From positions 52,104-72,103 of IMG/VR virus record IMGVR_UViG_3300015244_001911: a stretch of DNA of 20,000 nucleotides. One strand, written 5' to 3'. A program made the position numbers and the translations under genes. Each line of letters begins with the position of its first letter. The stretch's first letter is position 1. This DNA comes from an uncultured virus (IMG/VR IMGVR_UViG_3300015244_001911) (Duplodnaviria > Heunggongvirae > Uroviricota > Caudoviricetes). Shown here one piece after another: positions 15,592 through 20,000 of this stretch. The notes under the pieces were generated by a model. It made no database searches and was not told the DNA's origin. It saw nothing but the letters and a program-made list of their open reading frames with translations.

Positions 15592-17898
15592 ATGTCATTA
15601 GGAGCAACAGATAAACAGAGGAGTTTATTCCTGAAAGGATTTAAACTATCAAAGCAGGGTAATTACGAGGATCCAACTTACCTTGGGTTTAAGCTTGTTT
15701 TTGATTTCGGTACACTCCCGATTAGTGCAGAAGATGGTTTACCACCAAGCCCTCTTTTTAAGGATGATAGTTATTATTACGGTGCTAATAATAGTTTCTT
15801 CGGAGAAAATCCATTTGGACAAGCTCAGTATGATTACGTGACTCCCTCCGCAAATGGTAAAGTTGCTTATTATTCAGCTGCTAGTTACCTTGAGCAAAGA
15901 GAATCAGCATTTCCGTATGGTGGGAAAAGAGCGGATATGCTAAGACAGTTTAAAATAATATTGAGCGATCTTCTCTCAAATTCTCCTTGGTTTATACAAT
16001 CCATTAGTGGTCTTGATACACTAGCAAAGGTTGCTAGACCTGGATATCAGCCATCGGCCAGCGACGCCTCTTTTAGCTCACAAAGAACAGCAAACAAGTC
16101 TCTAGAATTCACAACTCTGGAATCTTTGAATATGAGAATGACCACGTTAGCGGATCTTTATAATCAGGCAACTTTTGATTATGATAATATGCGAGAACTT
16201 CTTCCAAGAAATCTTAGAAAGTTCACGATGTACATTTTCGTTTCGGAGGTTAGAAATTTCTTTAAGACATCTAGACTCGTAGGTGCTTCAGCTGCTCTTA
16301 CTGCTATAGATAATCTTTCAACATTACTTGGATCTGGAAATAATCCAGGAAGTAATCTTGGAGTTGTTGATACCATATCAGGCGGACAAAATCAGAATTT
16401 CAACTCGGGGAGCTCAAATATAAATCCAGCAAGTGGATTTAATTCCTTTGTGGGTAATATTTTGAATCAATCTGGATTGGACAATGATCTATCGCTTTTT
16501 AAAAATCAACAGGATCAGTCGGGTATAAAACCAATGCTTGTTTTTGAGTGTAGAAATTGCGAATTTGATTTCACTGAAAGTACTCCAATAGGAACTAGCA
16601 TAAACATCGGTACCACTGCTGAACAGGCCACTCAGAAATTTAAAATCCATGTGGGTAAAGTTAGGATTAGAAACCAATACCCTAATATCAGACAGGACGG
16701 AAAACCTTTAATACTCGGAGACAGCTGGGACTCTGCTAGATCTTCTGTACAAAAATCCCCAAGAGACACGCAAGATATTCTTTCTTTGGGTGGTGAGCTA
16801 TTAACAAACTTCGTAAGTAATTCACTGAATGACCTAATAAATGAAGGTGTTGCTAATTTTATTCAGCCAAACCTGGCTGGACTAGATAAGTTGGCTTTAG
16901 GTAACACATATAGCTTTAATCCTGCTCAGTTAAGTGCTGGACTTTCTTTCAATAATGCTCAGAATTTTTTAAATAGCTTGGATGGTGTAAACGCAGGATT
17001 TAGAGAAACAACTTTGCCAAATCCACAAACAACTGGATTAGGTGGTCCACCACAAAGGGTTTATCCTCCTCCAGGAAGCCCTGATGCTTATTCGAAAGTT
17101 CCTGGAAGTGATCTAGGTGTCCCTGACAGAGTATATCCAGCTCCGGGTGGAGACGCTTATTCGAATGTACCGGGATCGGATCTCGGTGTCCCTGATAGAG
17201 TTTATGCACAGCCGAGTGGAGATGTTTATGACCAAGTACCAGGACCCGATTTAGGAGTTCCTGATAGGGTTTACCCACAGCCTAATGGCGACGTTTATGT
17301 AGATGTACCTGGGCAGGATCTAGGCGTACCTGACAGAGTTTATCCAGCTCCAACTGGAGATGAATACACAGGAGTTCCTGGACAAGATCTAGGAGTTCCT
17401 GATAGAACATATCCAGCTCCCGGAGGAGACGTTTATGCAAATGTACCAGGATCGGATCTTGGTGCTCCTGACAGGGCATATCCTGTTTTCAATGAGCAGG
17501 TTTATGGAACACCGCCAACACCGGGTCAGCTATCAAACAATCTGGACGTTTATACAAATCCCCCTGTCACAGGTACATTAGAGGAGTCACAGGTGTATCC
17601 AGATGAACCAGCTCGTAATGATGTCGATAATTTGGGTGACCAAGTTTATCCAGAGAAGAAATTAGTTAATACTAGAGGTGAACTTAGAGAGGCATCAAAT
17701 TCATTCGAACAACAGCCAGCTAAAGTTTATGCATCACCTAAAGAGACTGCTAGTAGAGGTGATATAGGTAAGGTGTATCCGCCAACCAGTGGGGACTTTG
17801 TCGTCGAAAAACCTTTGGATTTAGGAAACCTAAAACCACCGACAAAATATAACATAAGTAAGGGTGGGTTTAACACACCCAAAACTGAATTTGAATAA
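15592..17898 (+). CDS. Putative baseplate tube-fold structural protein with a C-terminal Pro/Gly-rich tandem-repeat tail
   Basis: 768 aa between hub and spike. N-terminal globular part (DPTYLGFKLVFD; PWFIQSISGL; LESLNMRMTTLADLY; LPRNLRKFTMYIFVSE; FECRNCEFD) has a tail-tube-like strand/helix pattern. C-terminal third is repetitive. Confidence 0.5.
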   Translation: MSLGATDKQRSLFLKGFKLSKQGNYEDPTYLGFKLVFDFGTLPISAEDGLPPSPLFKDDSYYYGANNSFFGENPFGQAQYDYVTPSANGKVAYYSAASYLEQRESAFPYGGKRADMLRQFKIILSDLLSNSPWFIQSISGLDTLAKVARPGYQPSASDASFSSQRTANKSLEFTTLESLNMRMTTLADLYNQATFDYDNMRELLPRNLRKFTMYIFVSEVRNFFKTSRLVGASAALTAIDNLSTLLGSGNNPGSNLGVVDTISGGQNQNFNSGSSNINPASGFNSFVGNILNQSGLDNDLSLFKNQQDQSGIKPMLVFECRNCEFDFTESTPIGTSINIGTTAEQATQKFKIHVGKVRIRNQYPNIRQDGKPLILGDSWDSARSSVQKSPRDTQDILSLGGELLTNFVSNSLNDLINEGVANFIQPNLAGLDKLALGNTYSFNPAQLSAGLSFNNAQNFLNSLDGVNAGFRETTLPNPQTTGLGGPPQRVYPPPGSPDAYSKVPGSDLGVPDRVYPAPGGDAYSNVPGSDLGVPDRVYAQPSGDVYDQVPGPDLGVPDRVYPQPNGDVYVDVPGQDLGVPDRVYPAPTGDEYTGVPGQDLGVPDRTYPAPGGDVYANVPGSDLGAPDRAYPVFNEQVYGTPPTPGQLSNNLDVYTNPPVTGTLEESQVYPDEPARNDVDNLGDQVYPEKKLVNTRGELREASNSFEQQPAKVYASPKETASRGDIGKVYPPTSGDFVVEKPLDLGNLKPPTKYNISKGGFNTPKTEFE
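17083..17496 (+). repeat. Coding tandem repeat, 6 x 69 nt (23 aa; D-[VA]-Y-x-x-VPG-x-DLGVPDR-V-Y-P-x-P-x-G)
   Basis: Units start at 17083, 17152, 17221, 17290, 17359 and 17428. Amino acids are conserved while synonymous positions vary. A partial unit (GLGGPPQRVYPPPGSP) precedes the array. Confidence 0.95.
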
Positions 17899-17900
17899 TT

Positions 17901-18602
17901 ATGCCAAGTGAAAAAACCTACCTTGGTAGAGTGGTTGATATTAAAGATCCACTTTATCAAGGAAGAGCTAAAATTGATGTTTTTGGTTTCTTTGATGAGA
18001 TTCCTGTCGAAGACCTTCCCTGGGCCGAGCAGATTGCTGGTATGTCCTTTGGAGCAGGCTTTGGTGGTGGAAACATCACCATTCCCAGAGTTGGTTCCAT
18101 AGTTGCTGTTCATTTTGAGGAAAATAACTATTATAAGATTAATTATCATTACATCAAGGAGTTTTCACAGGACCTCCAGGAGGAGCTGAAAAAAGAAAAC
18201 TCTTATGAAGGTACTCATGCTTTAATTTATGATGGCGAGGCCCAACCAGGGCTTCTTAAGATGATATACACCAGAAGCAATGGTTTAGTTTTTCAGCTGG
18301 GGGATGCTACGATACAACTTGATACCCAGAACGCTGGAACCGATAAGGAGAAGCTCAGAATCAAGATAAAAATGAATGATGATGAGATCCGAATGGAAAA
18401 AAGCGGTGGTAAGCAGAAGGTCATTGTAAAATCCGAAAATATAGAACTCGGCGAGGGAGCGGTTGAGAAGGTTATCCTCGGTAACAAGTTTCTACAATTA
18501 TATAATCAGCACACGCACCCAACCGGTGTTGGACCATCGGGTGTTCCGATAGTTCCGATGGTGGATCCTCAGCACTTAAGTCAAGTATCTAAAACTAAAT
18601 AA
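17901..18602 (+). CDS. Baseplate central spike, gp5/gpV-like (OB-fold, no lysozyme domain)
   Basis: 233 aa; YLGRVVDIKDPLYQGRAKIDVFG...LPWA...IPRVGSIVAVHFE is the gp5 N-terminal OB-fold signature. C-terminal YNQHTHPTGVGPSGVP carries the HxH apex motif. Confidence 0.85.
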   Translation: MPSEKTYLGRVVDIKDPLYQGRAKIDVFGFFDEIPVEDLPWAEQIAGMSFGAGFGGGNITIPRVGSIVAVHFEENNYYKINYHYIKEFSQDLQEELKKENSYEGTHALIYDGEAQPGLLKMIYTRSNGLVFQLGDATIQLDTQNAGTDKEKLRIKIKMNDDEIRMEKSGGKQKVIVKSENIELGEGAVEKVILGNKFLQLYNQHTHPTGVGPSGVPIVPMVDPQHLSQVSKTK

Positions 18603-18604
18603 CG

Positions 18605-20000
18605 ATGCCAGCAAATTGGGGAACATTCATAACTAATGTTAGTAGCAAATTAACGTCTCAGTCTATTGGATCATACGATGAGATGGCAGACTTTCTTAGA
18701 AACGAATATATTTCTGCGACTGTTGGTAAAGCTGCATCTCCATATGGTCAAACCCACGTAAAGGGACAGGATGCCATTATGTACGAGGGATTTAAGAAAG
18801 GATTTAAAATGCTCTACGAAGGCGGTGATCTAACATTCGAGGAGAAGAAAACAAATCCAGCATACGCTGATCTTGAGGTTGAACCGCCCACGGTGGATAT
18901 ATCAGGAGCTGCTGATCAAGTTGAATTAGATTTTAGAGATTGGGCTGAGGAGAACAAAGCAACAATACCAGATTTTGTATATTCACAATTCTTTTCCCAA
19001 TACCCAGGATTCCCTAAGGATAGAAAACAAGCAGCACTCGAGATTGCCAGAAAGATATTGCATCAGTTTGACGGAACCGGATCATATCTCCAATGGATGT
19101 ATTCATTAAGAACCGGTCCATATAGCGACTGGGGAAACCTAATAATGGATGAAGTTATTAAGCTGATAAATATTGAGGCTAAGAGAGAATTTCAACCAGG
19201 AGATCTTGTTAGAGGATTTGCTAAATATAAAAATATTGATACTATCGCTGTGACTAAAACCAGTAGGAGCGATAAAGATTATACAGTGGTTCCTCTTGGT
19301 AGTCCTTATAACGGGATCTGGAATACAGAATACCGATACGGAAACGACGTTTTCAATTATTTGAAAGGTGACACTAATATAGATAACATTTCTTCGCTTA
19401 ACTCAGGAAATCAGAACGATTCCGAATTGATTGAGGGTAAGGTTGTTTCGGTATCTTCTGTAAAGGGGAATAGTAGTATAAAGGTATCCTTTTATAACAA
19501 GAATGTAAAGAAGTACTTTGTAAAGGAACTGATTCCTAGCACAGTATCAAGAAAACTTAATATCTCGGATATAACCGGGAAATTGCCTGCTATAAATATA
19601 ACGAGGGAGCTTTTTCAGGATCAACACTTAAGTAATCCTAATAAGATCCCTGATTATCTAACCTCAAGTTTTATAAGACATTTCACATATTCTAAAAGAT
19701 ACGATGCTGGATATCTTAAGCAATGGTTAAAATATTATGGAAGTTGGTCGGATAGCGTTATTGATAATATAAGTAAAAGCTTTGACGATTCTTACAGTTA
19801 TGCTGATGATATAGTAAATATCTTTTCTAGAGACGGATTCAAGAACACTTCATTTTTCCGGAAAAATGCTAATATTTTTAATACCAACTCTGGATTTCAA
19901 TTATCAATTATTAAGCAGAGACTTGATTTTAATAAGTCTGTCGAGTATGATACCGAAGAAAATAGATTTAGAGAACTCAAGATTAGATGGATAAATGAGT
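18605..20000 (+). CDS. Hypothetical probable structural protein, 3'-truncated by the window edge
   Basis: Absent from the ORF track because it has no stop in the window. Manual translation from ATG 18605 (MPANWGTFITNVSSKLTSQSIGSYDEMADFLRNEYISA...) stays open for 465 codons to the window end. Starts 2 nt after the spike stop. Confidence 0.85.
   Translation, partial: MPANWGTFITNVSSKLTSQSIGSYDEMADFLRNEYISATVGKAASPYGQTHVKGQDAIMYEGFKKGFKMLYEGGDLTFEEKKTNPAYADLEVEPPTVDISGAADQVELDFRDWAEENKATIPDFVYSQFFSQYPGFPKDRKQAALEIARKILHQFDGTGSYLQWMYSLRTGPYSDWGNLIMDEVIKLINIEAKREFQPGDLVRGFAKYKNIDTIAVTKTSRSDKDYTVVPLGSPYNGIWNTEYRYGNDVFNYLKGDTNIDNISSLNSGNQNDSELIEGKVVSVSSVKGNSSIKVSFYNKNVKKYFVKELIPSTVSRKLNISDITGKLPAINITRELFQDQHLSNPNKIPDYLTSSFIRHFTYSKRYDAGYLKQWLKYYGSWSDSVIDNISKSFDDSYSYADDIVNIFSRDGFKNTSFFRKNANIFNTNSGFQLSIIKQRLDFNKSVEYDTEENRFRELKIRWINE

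Larger units (their letters stand above)
1..20000. other. Segment of a large myovirus-type (jumbo/huge) phage genome: putative head-internal protein cluster, metabolic cassettes and baseplate module
   Basis: Baseplate-type gene string (LysM/gp53-like, hub, gp5 OB-fold spike), T4-like capsid-targeting N-termini, tightly packed co-directional genes, mostly hypothetical proteins, no housekeeping operon, integrase or att site visible. Confidence 0.9.

Noticed and set aside
17083..17496. Regularly spaced DNA repeats resembling a CRISPR array or DGR template/variable repeats
   Set aside because: The period is exactly 69 nt and in frame, variation falls mainly at synonymous positions, there are no unique spacers, no adenine-specific mismatch pattern is apparent, and no cas or reverse-transcriptase gene is in the window.
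1118..18487. Short antisense or alternate-frame ORFs from the track (e.g. 1118..1333, 4072..4365, 7558..7740, 8593..9018, 10641..10910, 17000..17278, 17727..18149)
   Set aside because: They lie within or across longer, motif-bearing genes, have shadow-ORF composition and show no independent expression signals.
11545..18602. Bacterial eCIS, T6SS or tailocin locus instead of a phage
   Set aside because: The flanking genes carry capsid-targeting-like leaders and T4-like late boxes, and there is no T6SS membrane complex, Afp15-like ATPase or host housekeeping context in view.
1..20000. Stop-codon reassignment (TAG or TGA recoding) as seen in some huge phages
   Set aside because: Standard-code ORFs already tile the window densely. 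TAG (1292-1294) and TGA (6174-6176) end genes at plausible points, and reading through the TAG meets TGA two codons later.

Overview
AT-rich, gene-dense segment of a large lytic myovirus-type (jumbo/huge, distantly T4-like) phage read in the standard genetic code; nearly all genes are on the + strand. Left part (1-9523): a cluster of hypothetical, probably virion-internal proteins, several starting with a T4 internal-protein-like capsid-targeting/cleavage signature (K/S-F-x-E/D-F/W...[LIV]-x-E). One is an ~834-aa protein with a peptidoglycan-binding domain. A terminator-bounded two-gene cassette (P-loop nucleotide kinase plus AsnB-family glutamine amidotransferase) interrupts this cluster. Middle (9652-11525): a small operon with a Nudix hydrolase. 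Right (11545-20000): a contractile-tail baseplate module with a tube-cap/initiator-like protein, a LysM/gp53-like wedge, a gp27-like hub, a second tube-fold protein carrying six 23-aa tandem repeats, a lysozyme-free gp5-like spike with a C-terminal HxH motif, and a long ORF running off the window end. Intergenic regions hold three intrinsic terminators, a recurring GGATAWATA late-promoter-like box, an AAAC-N17-18-TAnAAT motif, long imperfect hairpins and a Bacteroidota-type TAnnTTTG box. A-rich, largely SD-less start regions also suggest a Bacteroidota host. All protein calls come from motif recognition by eye; no database search was run.
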